From: Chthoniobacterales bacterium | GTDB lineage: Bacteria > Verrucomicrobiota > Verrucomicrobiia > Chthoniobacterales > DASVRZ01 | Direction of reading: 5' to 3' | Length of the DNA stretch: 64,000 nt | Assembly: GCA_036525185.1 (NCBI GenBank) | Contig: DATDAW010000041.1 | Location: forward strand, 1,175 to 65,174 | Made by a program: the position numbers and the translations under genes | The notes under the pieces: generated by a model | Database searches by the model: none | The model's input: only the letters and a program-made list of their open reading frames with translations | Told to the model about the DNA's origin: nothing | In this document: one piece after another, positions 34,945-45,348 of the stretch | How the letters are laid out: every line of letters begins with the position of its first letter | Position numbering within the stretch: the first letter of the stretch is position 1

Positions 34945-37715
34945 TGAACACCGCCGTTATGCGTGGCGATGACGCACCGGAAACCGACGTCGTCGTGGCG
35001 AAAACTCGGATCGTAGCCGCGCCGGTAGGAAGACAGCATTTTCTCCTGACGTGACGTCGCCCATGAGCCGCCGCGTAGCACGCGCCATTTGGAGGTGTTG
35101 TTATACAGATCCGCGCACCACTCCCACACATTGCCACCGAGACCGAAAATGCCGGCCGCGTTCGCGGGGTAACTCATCACGGGGGCCGTGCGCGGAAAAT
35201 TGTCCTGATAGTTTGCGATCACAGCCCATTTCACGGGTGCGCCAGGGCGCGCCTCGGCTCCTGCGTAATTGCCGGCGTTCGGGGGTGGGGGATATTGGCT
35301 GCCCCACGGGTAAACTTCGGGGATTTTTTCGCTGCGATCCTCGGGCGTTGGGCCGGTTTCGTCCTTAAGACCTGCCGCTTGACTCCATTCGAAATCGGTC
35401 GGCAAGCGATAGGTTTCCACTGGCGATAAAGCGCCTTCGTTCCGTTCCTTGCGGGTAAGCCAAGCGCAAAATTGCTTCGCATCGTCCCAGCTCAACCCCA
35501 CGATCGGGTGATCCGGTGACTGCGGAAATCCGGGATTTTTCCAACTATTGCCGTGTTGCTTGAAACCATCTTGGGCGAGCGAATACATACCGCCCTCAGC
35601 ATCATACCCGGTGGCATCAACAAATGCCTGAAAGTCACGCAGCCGCGTCTCGCAAACGGCAAAATGGATTTCTTCCAAGGGCACGAAACGCATTCCGAGA
35701 CTGTTCACCCACGGTTTTCCAACCTGAAGTGGAGCGATGGGGATGTTGCGGACGACCGCCGCTTTTGGGGACGTGGCGGGGGTAGTCAACGGGGGCTCAT
35801 TAGCTGTCGGAGCCGAATGGTTCAAATAGAACAACGCTGCGCCCGCGAAGATAACAATTATTGCGATTACCGATGCGAAAACGACAGGCGGTCGGAAGTT
35901 GTGCGCGGCGGATTCTGCCTTGGAACGGCCGGGCAAGTCTTTCATCGAAACCAGCCTGCGGCTATCGCTCCCCTTGAAGGCCGGTTGGCTGGGGGGCCTT
36001 TTCCCATGCTCGCTCCCAAGCGTTGCATTGAGCGCGTTGTAAAACTCGGTGGCTGTGGCGAAAGCCCTGAAGGTTTCGAGACTACGCCTCAAAACGGCGT
36101 TGCCTTCCTCGGACAAACTTGCAAGCGGCGTGAATTGGCCTGCTTTGCCGCCGAGCAATTCGTAAACAAGCGCGCCTAGCTGAGCAACGTCGCCGTCTGC
36201 GTCGCGTTTGGTCCCAATCGTCGCCTGAACTCCCCAAGGTGTGGGTTCCCCTCCTTCCATCCAACCGCCAATCGGATCTACTTTAACCACAAACGTCGGC
36301 CACTCATCGAGCGGACAGCGCAGCATGACATTCGTAGCCGTATCTCCTGTTCCATCCGGGAAATGCACAAACACGCTGCGTGCACTCATCTCGATCTTGA
36401 TCTGCAATTCGCGCGCCCTGTCGACCGCACCTGCGAGGTGACCAAGCAAGAGGAGGCCTTCACGCAAGGTTAGTTCGCGACGCGCCCTGAGTAGATCGAT
36501 TAGAGGAAATCCCTCCAGCCATTCCAGAATGGCAGCACTGAAGGTCGCTTCCCGTTCGAACGCCAGTACTTCCATCAAGCAAGGATGCGGCGCGCGCTGC
36601 AACAGACTGACTGCCTCCTCGATCTGTGCCAGGACCGCTGCCGGACCGCGCAGGATTTTCAGCAACACGCGCTTTTTTAAGAGCGTATCTTCACCGTGAA
36701 ATGTGGTGCCGGGATTCTTCGGATCAAGGTCTTCGATCAGCCGGTAACGTCCCTTGATGACACCTCCGGTCCGCGGGCTTGAACTTAGCCCGTTACTGCC
36801 GCTCAAGACGACGGTTTCAAAGTTCGCGCCGTCACCGGCTAACGAAACCGATGGCGGCGGCGCGGATTTCAAGCTGTCGATGCAGGCCCTCAGATCGACG
36901 CGCAACTGGGAAGGTGACTGCATGCGTTCGTGCGGATCTTTTTGCAACATCCGGCGCAGCACGGCAACGACATCCGTGGGAAGGACCGCCAGCGATTCGA
37001 AGGCCGGCGACCTATCGAGATGCTGGGCGATGACGCTTGCCACGGTCCCCATAAAGGGCGGCCTGCCAGTCAGCATGAACCAGAGCGTGACGCCGAGTGA
37101 ATAAATATCCGAGCGCACATCCTCGGCCTGCCCGTTGAGTTGTTCCGGACTAGCAAAATAGGGCGTCCCAACAAAACCGGTGGCGGTGAGCGCACCGCTG
37201 GCTGCCTGCACGACCGCGGATTTCACGAGACCGAAATCAATGACCTTGACCAGAATCTCGTCATCGCTTTCGCGCACGAGCATTAGATTCGATGGTTTGA
37301 TGTCACGGTGCACCAGATGCTTTTTTTCGGCGGCGATCAGTGCGCAGGCGACTTGCTGCGCGATGTCGAGCGCCAACAGCGTGGGGAGCGGGCCGTCGCG
37401 CTTGACCATTGCGTCGACTGTCTCGCCGTCGATCAATTCCATCGCGTAGTAGCACACGTCGCCGTGTTTACCGAGGTGGAATACTGAAGCCACATTGCGA
37501 TGGCGCAGTTGAGCTGCCCCACGAGCCTCGCGAAGGAATCGTTCGGCGGCTATCCCATCGCTCACCAGGCTGGAATTGATGACCTTAAGGGCCACGTTGC
37601 AGCACAAGTTCGTATCGAATGCTTTGTAGGTAATGCCCATCGCCCCGCGGCCCAATTCCACCAATGTGCCATCGGGATTCTCCAGAAGCTGATAGTGCTC
37701 GAACGCTTCCGCCAT
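34941..37715 (-). CDS. Ser/Thr protein kinase, TM segment, and C-terminal FGE-sulfatase (SUMF1-like) domain
   Basis: Hanks kinase motifs (HRDIKPSNLM, DFGL, GTPYFASPE), a TM helix (VVFASVIAIIVIFAGAALFYL), and the C-terminal FGE-type sequence NVWEWCADLY...RVLRGGSW. Confidence 0.8.
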   Translation of the reverse strand: MAEAFEHYQLLENPDGTLVELGRGAMGITYKAFDTNLCCNVALKVINSSLVSDGIAAERFLREARGAAQLRHRNVASVFHLGKHGDVCYYAMELIDGETVDAMVKRDGPLPTLLALDIAQQVACALIAAEKKHLVHRDIKPSNLMLVRESDDEILVKVIDFGLVKSAVVQAASGALTATGFVGTPYFASPEQLNGQAEDVRSDIYSLGVTLWFMLTGRPPFMGTVASVIAQHLDRSPAFESLAVLPTDVVAVLRRMLQKDPHERMQSPSQLRVDLRACIDSLKSAPPPSVSLAGDGANFETVVLSGSNGLSSSPRTGGVIKGRYRLIEDLDPKNPGTTFHGEDTLLKKRVLLKILRGPAAVLAQIEEAVSLLQRAPHPCLMEVLAFEREATFSAAILEWLEGFPLIDLLRARRELTLREGLLLLGHLAGAVDRARELQIKIEMSARSVFVHFPDGTGDTATNVMLRCPLDEWPTFVVKVDPIGGWMEGGEPTPWGVQATIGTKRDADGDVAQLGALVYELLGGKAGQFTPLASLSEEGNAVLRRSLETFRAFATATEFYNALNATLGSEHGKRPPSQPAFKGSDSRRLVSMKDLPGRSKAESAAHNFRPPVVFASVIAIIVIFAGAALFYLNHSAPTANEPPLTTPATSPKAAVVRNIPIAPLQVGKPWVNSLGMRFVPLEEIHFAVCETRLRDFQAFVDATGYDAEGGMYSLAQDGFKQHGNSWKNPGFPQSPDHPIVGLSWDDAKQFCAWLTRKERNEGALSPVETYRLPTDFEWSQAAGLKDETGPTPEDRSEKIPEVYPWGSQYPPPPNAGNYAGAEARPGAPVKWAVIANYQDNFPRTAPVMSYPANAAGIFGLGGNVWEWCADLYNNTSKWRVLRGGSWATSRQEKMLSSYRRGYDPSFRHDDVGFRCVIATHNGGVQ

Positions 37716-37870
37716 AAAAAATCCACCGAGATGCCGGACAATAAAAGGATTCAATAACACGTCACCCCGTGGAGTCCAGAACCATCATTTCCAATCCGGT
37801 GGCAACCTTTCAGTCAATCCCGGCGAATGGACAGTGACGATCCTGCCTGCTAGCACCAACGCGCGAACGT

Positions 37871-38779
37871 TCACTTCTCGAACTGCTCCACAACTGCTGT
37901 ACATAGTCCCAGAAACGTCTCCTCCGCCAGATTCAGGGGGCGCGATTTGAGATACATGGCCGCCCATTTCCTTCGAAGGCCCGGGCGCGGCATGGGAATC
38001 GCCACGATCGAACCGTTTTCCAGTTCCCGCACGGATCCCCACCTTGGTGCGATCGCCACACCGAGGCCGAGTTTTACCAGTTCCTTGATCGCCTCCATGC
38101 TGCTCATCTCGATGTAACTCTGCAGCCGAAGTCCCTGGCTTAGCAGGTAGCTTTCGATCATCTGAAATGTATAGCTGCGTCGGTTGTAGAGGATGAAATG
38201 CTGCTCCCGAAGTTCCTTGCGATTTACTTGCCCGGACGTGCACCACGGATGCATTGGGCTCACTAGAAACATCAGGTTGTCTTCGAAAAGATCACGCGAC
38301 GTCAGCTGTTCCATCGAGTCCGGCTTTACTCCAAGCGCGATGTCGATGGCACCGCTTTCCAGGCCATCGATCATATCCGGCGCATCTTCGGGTATCACTG
38401 AAACGATGTAGTGCGGAAAGCATTCCTTGAATTCGCGCAACACGGTCGGAAGAATAAACTGCGACGCCGATGTGTTGCATCCGATCCGCAATTCTCCGCG
38501 ATCGATGGCGTCCATGTTCGAAATTCGTCGGCGGGCGTTTGCCATCGCAAGCAGGATCGCTTCGGCGTCGATCTGCAATCGCTGCCCTTCACGCGTCAGG
38601 TAAACGCGCTTGGCGCTCTTGTAGAATAACTGGCAACCCAAATCCTCTTCCAGCGTCCGGATCGTGTGGCTGATCGCGGATTGCGTGAGCCCCAGCTCGC
38701 GAGCCGTCTGGGTAAAACTGCCGAGACGCGCCATCGTGACAAAAGCGCGCAGCTGGCGGGAATCGATCACTTCCAACAT
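37871..38779 (-). CDS. LysR-family transcriptional regulator
   Basis: MLEVIDSRQLRAFVTMARLGSFTQTARELGLTQSAISHTIRTLEEDLG. It is divergent from the nitrate cluster. Confidence 0.85.
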   Translation of the reverse strand: MLEVIDSRQLRAFVTMARLGSFTQTARELGLTQSAISHTIRTLEEDLGCQLFYKSAKRVYLTREGQRLQIDAEAILLAMANARRRISNMDAIDRGELRIGCNTSASQFILPTVLREFKECFPHYIVSVIPEDAPDMIDGLESGAIDIALGVKPDSMEQLTSRDLFEDNLMFLVSPMHPWCTSGQVNRKELREQHFILYNRRSYTFQMIESYLLSQGLRLQSYIEMSSMEAIKELVKLGLGVAIAPRWGSVRELENGSIVAIPMPRPGLRRKWAAMYLKSRPLNLAEETFLGLCTAVVEQFEK

Positions 38780-39073
38780 TACGAGAGCCCCCAATTTTTT
38801 AAAACCTGGGTATTCTTAGGGGATAACAATGTTCCATTTTTTCCATTATGGCGATTATTGATCATTTGGATCTCCCATTTTAAAAGGCTTTTGGCCGACT
38901 GGTTGACGCGTAGTGGCACAAAAAAATCCTGTCGTCCCACCCTGGGACTCGCCCCTTCCCTCGGCCAAACGCCGAAAACACGTCGCGCGGAAACTCATCG
39001 TCATGAAACATGAGCAGAATTCATGCACTGGCCAACAACTATTCATGATCTTTATGCGACTTTTTACGTGGCA

Positions 39074-39089
39074 TGGCATCCCCATTGCT
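39074..39089 (+). promoter_or_regulatory. sigma54-type -24/-12 promoter candidate
   Basis: TGGCAT-CCCCA-TTGCT fits TGGCAC-N5-TTGCW. It sits at the head of the nitrate cluster. Confidence 0.35.
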
Positions 39090-39091
39090 AA

Positions 39092-40165
39092 ATGTCTCCG
39101 CCAATGCCAAACCCTCGCACAACGTCAGCCAGACCTTCCGCTCCTGTTCCAACGAACGGAGCGCCCGTTTTGCGCATCGGGTATGTGCCACTGGTGGACT
39201 GCGCGCCCATCATCGCCGCGCAGGAACTCGGCATTTTCTCGAAACATGGGCTGAATGTGGTGCTCTCCCGCGAAGTCGGCTGGGCCACCATCAAGGAAAA
39301 GATCTTCTATGGCGAGATCGATGCCGCGCATGCGCCTGCCGGCATGGCGTTTGCAATGAAACTTGGAATTCAGTGCCGGCCCTGTGATGTCCAAACGTCG
39401 TTTATCCTCAGCCTCAACGGTAACGCGATTACGCTTTCCTCTACTCTTTGGAAAAAGGGTGTCACTGATGCTGGGAGCCTCCTTCAACTTATTCGCGGCC
39501 ATCGGGAGGAGCGTCTAGTCCTCGGGGTCGTCTCACGGGTTTCTTCCCACCATTTTCTCATGCGACACTGGCTGCAGCAGGCCGGAATTGATCCTGATCG
39601 CGACGTCCGGATCGTTGTGATTCCGCCAGCGCAGATGTTTCCCACGCTGCGAGCCGGACTTCTCGACGGCTATTGTGTTGGAGAGCCCTACAACTCCCGC
39701 GCCATTCTCGAAGGCGCCGGGTGGTGCCCGGCCACCAGCCTCGATCTGGCTCCCCAGCATCCAGAAAAGGCATTCATTGTTCGGGCCGACTTTCCGGAAC
39801 GCCGCCTGGAGGAATACCTCGCCGCAATTCGTGCTCTGCATGAGGCCGCGCAATTCTGTGACGACCCCGCTCATCGGGAGGAGCTCATCGCTATGCTCGA
39901 ACGGACGGCGCTCCCTGGGACCGCCGTTTATATGCGCAACTCGCTTATCGGTCCGTTTCAACACGGTTGTGGCATCACCAAAGCGCTTCCTGATTTTCAC
40001 CGTTTTTACCGGGACGACACCAATCGCCCTGACCTCGGCAAGGCGGCCTGGACACTCGATCACCTGCAATCCGCAGACATTTTCAAACCCAGCGAGGCAA
40101 ATCTACATGACCTCGCCGGCACGGTTTTCCGCGAAGAATACTTCGATCTCGCTCTCGCCTCCTGA
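39092..40165 (+). CDS. cytoplasmic NrtA/CmpA-like binding protein (NasS-like nitrate/nitrite sensor candidate)
   Basis: NrtA-type fold (LRIGYVPLVDCAPIIAAQELGIF...) with no signal peptide. If the sigma54 site is real, the true start may be the TTG near 39167, which is preceded by GGAG. Confidence 0.65.
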   Translation: MSPPMPNPRTTSARPSAPVPTNGAPVLRIGYVPLVDCAPIIAAQELGIFSKHGLNVVLSREVGWATIKEKIFYGEIDAAHAPAGMAFAMKLGIQCRPCDVQTSFILSLNGNAITLSSTLWKKGVTDAGSLLQLIRGHREERLVLGVVSRVSSHHFLMRHWLQQAGIDPDRDVRIVVIPPAQMFPTLRAGLLDGYCVGEPYNSRAILEGAGWCPATSLDLAPQHPEKAFIVRADFPERRLEEYLAAIRALHEAAQFCDDPAHREELIAMLERTALPGTAVYMRNSLIGPFQHGCGITKALPDFHRFYRDDTNRPDLGKAAWTLDHLQSADIFKPSEANLHDLAGTVFREEYFDLALAS

Positions 40166-40181
40166 CCCCATCCAACCATCC

Positions 40182-41489
40182 ATGCAAACACCTGACGCTA
40201 ACAAATCCGCCCCAACGACAGTAGTCTCCCGACGCCAGTTTCTCGGCTCCGCCGCCAAGGGACTCGGCCTCGCCGCGCTTCTCAACGGTCTGCCGGGAGG
40301 CTGGGTCGGCAGCGTCTTTGCCGATGACGCGCCGGAAGTCGCGGATGTAAAAATTGGCATCATCGCACTAACAGACTGTTCACCTTTCGTCATCGCCCAT
40401 GAAAAAGGTTTTTTCAAAAAATACGGAATCAACTCCACGATCAGCAAAGGAGCGAACTGGGCTGCCATTCGCGATTCGCTGACCAACGGTGACAATCAGG
40501 CTACCCACATGCTTCTCGGCATGCCGCTTGCCTCGACTATGGGGCTCGGCGGGGCTCCGAAACGGCCCATCATCATTCCCTGGATCGTCAATCGCAACGG
40601 CCAGGCTATCACCCTGAAGGCAGATCTTGCGGGGAAAGTCGCCGAGGACCCGAAAGCCCTCAAACCGTTTGTTGATGAAGCCAAGAAATCCGGCCCGCCG
40701 CTTACCTTTGCGATGACCTTTCCACCGGGCACCCACGCAATGTGGATTCGCTACTGGCTCGCCGCGGGCGGTGTCAATCCCGGTGACGCCAAAGGCGCCG
40801 GCGCGGATATTCAGCTGATCACGGTTCCCCCTCCGCAGATGGTTGCCAACATGAAGGTCGGCAAGATGGACGGTTTTTGCGTAGGTGAACCGTGGAATGC
40901 GCGGGCCATTGCCGACAAGATAGGCTTCACCGCTATTACCACACAGGCCATTTGGAAAGACCACCCGGAAAAAGTCTGCGCCTTTACCGAGGACTTCGCC
41001 GCAAAAAATCCAAAAACGGTCAAAGCCGTTCTCAAAGGCCTGCATGACGCCAGTGTCTGGCTCGACGACCTAAAGAACCGAGTCGAACAAGCCAGCATCG
41101 TCGGAACGGCGAGCTATATTAACTGCCCTCCCGGTCTCATTGGGCCGCGTCTCCTGGGCAAATACGACATGGGTGACGGCCGCAAATTCGAGGATCCGAA
41201 TTACATGATCTTTAGTTCGCGCAACTGCAACTATCCTCAGCCGAAATACGCCAAATGGTGGCTCACACAGTTCCGCCGCTGGGGTATGGTTTCGGGGGCG
41301 CCGGATTACGAAGGCGTGGCCAAACAGGTCATGCAACCAGGAATCTATGAAGAGACCATGAAGGAAATCGGCTACACATCCGGCGGCCTCGACGACAAAC
41401 CGGAAACCCTGTTCGACGGCATCACGTTCGACCCAGCCAAACCCGAGGAATACGCCGCTTCGTTCGCCGTCAAAACGCCTGTTGGTTAA
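40182..41489 (+). CDS. nrtA: nitrate ABC transporter substrate-binding protein with a Tat signal
   Basis: The ATG at 40182 inside ORF 39675..41489 gives the twin-arginine signal VSRRQFLGSAAKGLGLAALL, then the NrtA pattern IGIIALTDCSPFVIAHEKGFFKKYG. Confidence 0.8.
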   Translation: MQTPDANKSAPTTVVSRRQFLGSAAKGLGLAALLNGLPGGWVGSVFADDAPEVADVKIGIIALTDCSPFVIAHEKGFFKKYGINSTISKGANWAAIRDSLTNGDNQATHMLLGMPLASTMGLGGAPKRPIIIPWIVNRNGQAITLKADLAGKVAEDPKALKPFVDEAKKSGPPLTFAMTFPPGTHAMWIRYWLAAGGVNPGDAKGAGADIQLITVPPPQMVANMKVGKMDGFCVGEPWNARAIADKIGFTAITTQAIWKDHPEKVCAFTEDFAAKNPKTVKAVLKGLHDASVWLDDLKNRVEQASIVGTASYINCPPGLIGPRLLGKYDMGDGRKFEDPNYMIFSSRNCNYPQPKYAKWWLTQFRRWGMVSGAPDYEGVAKQVMQPGIYEETMKEIGYTSGGLDDKPETLFDGITFDPAKPEEYAASFAVKTPVG

Positions 41490-41495
41490 CATCTT

Positions 41496-42650
41496 TTGAA
41501 TCTGCCCATGCCTACGCCGTTAACATTCGGAATTGCCCCACTCACGGACAGTGCGCCCTTCGTCATAGCCCGCACAGAAGGCTTTTTCGCGCAGTTCGGC
41601 ATCGAGCCCACGATCCGTGTCATACGAACCTGGTCTGCGATGCGTGACGAACTCATCTCCGGGCGATGCCATGCGGCGCATATGCTCTTCGGCATGCCCG
41701 TCGCAAATGCAGTCGGCCGGCTGGGACTTAATAGCAAACCTCTCATTATCCCGTGGATTATCAGCCGCAACGGGCAGGCGATCACGCTCCACAAGAAGTA
41801 TGCCGGAAAAATCAAGACCGACGCCGGTGCCCTTAAAGGCGTCGCCCATGAAAAGCGTGACAAGGGGCGTCCTCTCGTTTTCGGTGTAACGCTGCCGGTT
41901 GGCACACACGCCATGTGGCTTCGCTACTGGCTCGCGTCCGGCCTCATTTCTCCGGACAATGATGTCGCCCTCATCACGATTCCGCCGCCGCAGATGGTGA
42001 CCAATATGCGTATGGGAAACCTCGACGGCTTCTGTGCCGGCGAACCGCTCAACGCTCGGGCCATCGCTGACAGTGTCGGCTTTACGGCCATCACCACCCA
42101 GCAAATTTGGGCAGGGCACCCCGAAAAGGTGTGTGTTTTTACAGAGGAATTCGCGGAAGCCAATCCGGACACTGTGAAAGCCGTCTTGAAGGCATTGCAC
42201 CTTGCCAGCCAATGGTTGTCGGATCCTGCGAACCGGGACAAAACCGCTGAGATTCTCTCCCAGCCCGAATACATCGGGGGTGGCAAGGACACGATCGCCC
42301 AACGGCTCAATGGCAGCTATCCGCTGGGCGATGGTCGCTCGGTGGAAAACGATGTGTCCCCGCTAACATTCAGCGGAAACGGAGCCAACTATCCACAACT
42401 CAAATACGCGATCTGGTGGCTGACCCAAATGCGCCGTTGGAACATGACGCTTGGCTCGCCCGATTACACCGGCATACCCGCACGCGTAATGCGCCCGGAG
42501 TTGTACCAGACCGCGATGCAAGAACTTGGTGTTCCACCAGCCGCCCAGGATTTCTCCCCGGAAACCCTCTTCGACGGCGCAGCCTTCGACCCGGCGAAAC
42601 CGGAAGAATACGCCCGCTCCTTCAAAATCCACAGCATCCGAACCGAATAA
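41496..42650 (+). CDS. second cytoplasmic NrtA/CmpA-like protein (no signal peptide)
   Basis: TFGIAPLTDSAPFVIARTEGFFAQFG... is paralogous to nrtA along its whole length but lacks any signal. Confidence 0.7.
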   Translation: MNLPMPTPLTFGIAPLTDSAPFVIARTEGFFAQFGIEPTIRVIRTWSAMRDELISGRCHAAHMLFGMPVANAVGRLGLNSKPLIIPWIISRNGQAITLHKKYAGKIKTDAGALKGVAHEKRDKGRPLVFGVTLPVGTHAMWLRYWLASGLISPDNDVALITIPPPQMVTNMRMGNLDGFCAGEPLNARAIADSVGFTAITTQQIWAGHPEKVCVFTEEFAEANPDTVKAVLKALHLASQWLSDPANRDKTAEILSQPEYIGGGKDTIAQRLNGSYPLGDGRSVENDVSPLTFSGNGANYPQLKYAIWWLTQMRRWNMTLGSPDYTGIPARVMRPELYQTAMQELGVPPAAQDFSPETLFDGAAFDPAKPEEYARSFKIHSIRTE

Positions 42651-42659
42651 ACCGATACT

Positions 42660-43526
42660 ATGAACTTCCTTAAAAAATTTGACGGCTTGCTCCTGCCTCT
42701 CGTAGGCGCTGCGATCATCATAGGCCTTTGGGCGTTAGTTGCCGGTCACGAGAAGGTCACCAAGGACGAATTCGGTTTTGAAAACGTGGAAAAAGTTGGT
42801 TTGTCCAAGGATCTGCCTGGGCCTGTCAAGACCTGGCAGGAAAGCAAGCTCTACGTTGAGCAGCCCTTTGCCAAACGCGGCGAACTCGACCAGGGCATCC
42901 TTGCCTTCACCTGGTTGTCGCTCAAACTCGTTGCGCAAGGTTATATCATCGCCCTGCTGATCGGCACGCCGATCGGATTCTTTCTTGGTCTATCAAAAAC
43001 ATTCACCAAAATCTTCGATCCGATCATCCAGGTTCTCCGACCTGTCTCGCCGCTGGCGTGGCTTCCGCTTGGAATGATTCTCTTCAGTTCGTTTGCGATT
43101 AAGAACGGCGCTGGACGGACGATCTTCGGCGCGTCTGATGCCGCCGCTCTCTTCACGATCGCGATCTGTTCCATGTGGCCGACTGTTTTGAACACGGCTG
43201 TCGGCGTGCGGGCCATCCCGCAGGACTATCTGAATGTGGGCAAGGTCCTCAAGCTGTCCAAAGTGAAAATGCTGTTCAAGATCCTGCTTCCGGCAACGTT
43301 GCCTTACATGTTCACCGGATTCCGGCTAAGCCTGGGTCTTGCCTGGCTGGTAATCGTTGCTGCCGAGATGCTAACGGGCCGTCCTGGAATCGGCGGTTTC
43401 CTCTGGCAGCAATACAACGCCAATATCTACGAGCAGATCATCCTCTGCATCCTGACCATTGGACTCGTGGGCTTTGTCCTGGATCGCGTAATGAGCCTTG
43501 TAGAATCCCGTTTCAAAACCGCCTAG
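42660..43526 (+). CDS. nrtB: nitrate ABC transporter permease
   Basis: 288-aa polytopic protein with a binding-protein-dependent transport signature (AAEMLTGRPGIGGFLW). Confidence 0.8.
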   Translation: MNFLKKFDGLLLPLVGAAIIIGLWALVAGHEKVTKDEFGFENVEKVGLSKDLPGPVKTWQESKLYVEQPFAKRGELDQGILAFTWLSLKLVAQGYIIALLIGTPIGFFLGLSKTFTKIFDPIIQVLRPVSPLAWLPLGMILFSSFAIKNGAGRTIFGASDAAALFTIAICSMWPTVLNTAVGVRAIPQDYLNVGKVLKLSKVKMLFKILLPATLPYMFTGFRLSLGLAWLVIVAAEMLTGRPGIGGFLWQQYNANIYEQIILCILTIGLVGFVLDRVMSLVESRFKTA

Positions 43527-43534
43527 CAAACACT

Positions 43535-44452
43535 ATGTCATTTCTCGAGGTCAAAAACGTTAGCAAAGGATACGGCCCGCCGTGGAAGCGGTCCGAAATC
43601 CTCGAAGACATCAACCTGTCCATCGAAGAAGGGGAGTTCGTTTCCATTATTGGCTATTCCGGTGCTGGCAAAACGACCCTCATGTCGCTCCTGGCGGGCC
43701 TCATCAAGCCCGACAAAGGGACTGTCACCCTCGGCGGAAAGGCCATGTCCGGCCCGGGCCCCGACCGCGGCTTGGTCTTTCAGAATTATTCCCTGCTTCC
43801 GTGGTTGACGGTCTACGAAAACGTCGCCCTCGCCGTAGACCAGGTTTTTCCGAAATGGAGCACGGCTGAACGAAAGGCGCACACCGAAAAATTCATCAAA
43901 ATGGTTAATCTAACTCCGGCGACTAAAAAGCTGCCGCGAGAACTTTCCGGCGGCATGCGTCAGCGCGTGTCCGTGGCACGCACACTGGCTATCAATCCCC
44001 GCGTACTTCTGCTCGATGAACCCCTGGGCGCGCTCGATGCGCTCACTCGTGCTACGCTGCAGGATGAAATCAGCCGGCTCTGGCAGGAGGATCGGAAAAC
44101 GGTTGTTCTAATTACGAACGATCCCGACGAAGCCATCCTTCTCGCGGATCGCGTCATTCCCCTAACCGCGGGTCCGAAAGCGACCCTTGGGCCGTCCATT
44201 CCGGTGACTATCGAACGCCCACGCGATCGCAAGTGCGTGAGCGAAGACTATGATTTCAAACAAATCCGAAACGAAGTGATCGACTACCTTCTTAAAGCAC
44301 GCGACAGGCACAAGGCATCGCTGTCCCGAAACCTCGTCCTTCCCGACATCGAACCCGAGGATATCTCTCGCGGCCGTCGTCTTTCCGGAGGACGGCGTGG
44401 TCCGGTTCGCAAGAGCGAAATCAAACGCGAAAACGTGGAGGTCGAGGTATGA
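43535..44452 (+). CDS. nitrate/sulfonate-type ABC transporter ATP-binding protein (NrtC/D-like)
   Basis: The ATG at 43535 inside ORF 43175..44452. Walker [10 protein letters not shown], signature LSGGMRQR, Walker B LLLDEP. Confidence 0.8.
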   Translation: MSFLEVKNVSKGYGPPWKRSEILEDINLSIEEGEFVSIIGYSGAGKTTLMSLLAGLIKPDKGTVTLGGKAMSGPGPDRGLVFQNYSLLPWLTVYENVALAVDQVFPKWSTAERKAHTEKFIKMVNLTPATKKLPRELSGGMRQRVSVARTLAINPRVLLLDEPLGALDALTRATLQDEISRLWQEDRKTVVLITNDPDEAILLADRVIPLTAGPKATLGPSIPVTIERPRDRKCVSEDYDFKQIRNEVIDYLLKARDRHKASLSRNLVLPDIEPEDISRGRRLSGGRRGPVRKSEIKRENVEVEV

Positions 44453-45312
44453 GCGCATACTGCGAAATTTCGAATCTCGTCAAAGCCTATCCAACTGCAG
44501 ATGGCGGTCAGGCCGTGATTGTGAAGGACTTCAACCTCCGCCTAAAGAAAGGCGAGTTTGTGACCGTCATCGGTCACTCCGGTTGCGGCAAATCCACGCA
44601 ACTGATGATGCTTGCCGGATTGAGCAGCATTACCGATGGCGGAATCGTGTTGGCGGGAAAAGAGCTGAGTGGACCGGGTCCGGACCGCGGCATCGTTTTT
44701 CAATCTCCGTCGCTCCTTCCTTGGATGACGGCGAGGGAGAATGTGATGCTGGGTATCAACCAGGTCTTTTTCACGGCTAGCAAACGGGAGCGCGCGCAGA
44801 TAGCAGAGTACTATCTCAGCGTCGTTGGCCTCGCGGATTCGGTGGACAAATATCCAGTCGAGCTCTCTCAGGGCATGCGGCAACGCGTCGGTATCGCGCG
44901 GGCGTTTGCGTTAAAACCAAAAATGTTGCTGCTCGATGAACCTTTCGGAATGCTGGACTCGTTGACGCGCTATGAATTGCAGCAGGTTCTTCTTGATCTG
45001 TGGCGCAAGGAACGCATTACGGCGATGATGGTAACGCATGACGTGGACGAAGCCCTTTATCTCTCTGATCGCGTCGTAATGATGACCGACGGTCCTGAGG
45101 CGACAATCGGTGATATTCTCGAAGTCAAATTTCCCCGTCCGCGAGAGCGCAAGGTCATCATGGAGCTTCCGGATTATCAGAAGCTTCGCGAGTACCTCAT
45201 TGAGTTCCTTGAGGTGCGGGCTCATCAACGGACGCCGTTCGTTCCGCAAAACGGAGCGGACGCCACTAACATTCACTCGGCGGATTTCGGCGCCGCGCTC
45301 GCTGCCTTTTAG
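44449..45312 (+). CDS. nitrate/sulfonate-type ABC transporter ATP-binding protein (NrtD-like)
   Basis: [23 protein letters not shown]. It overlaps the previous gene by 4 nt. Confidence 0.8.
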   Translation: MSAYCEISNLVKAYPTADGGQAVIVKDFNLRLKKGEFVTVIGHSGCGKSTQLMMLAGLSSITDGGIVLAGKELSGPGPDRGIVFQSPSLLPWMTARENVMLGINQVFFTASKRERAQIAEYYLSVVGLADSVDKYPVELSQGMRQRVGIARAFALKPKMLLLDEPFGMLDSLTRYELQQVLLDLWRKERITAMMVTHDVDEALYLSDRVVMMTDGPEATIGDILEVKFPRPRERKVIMELPDYQKLREYLIEFLEVRAHQRTPFVPQNGADATNIHSADFGAALAAF

Positions 45313-45348
45313 TTGGAAGATTTCGCCACGCAATCAAGCGAGCGAACA

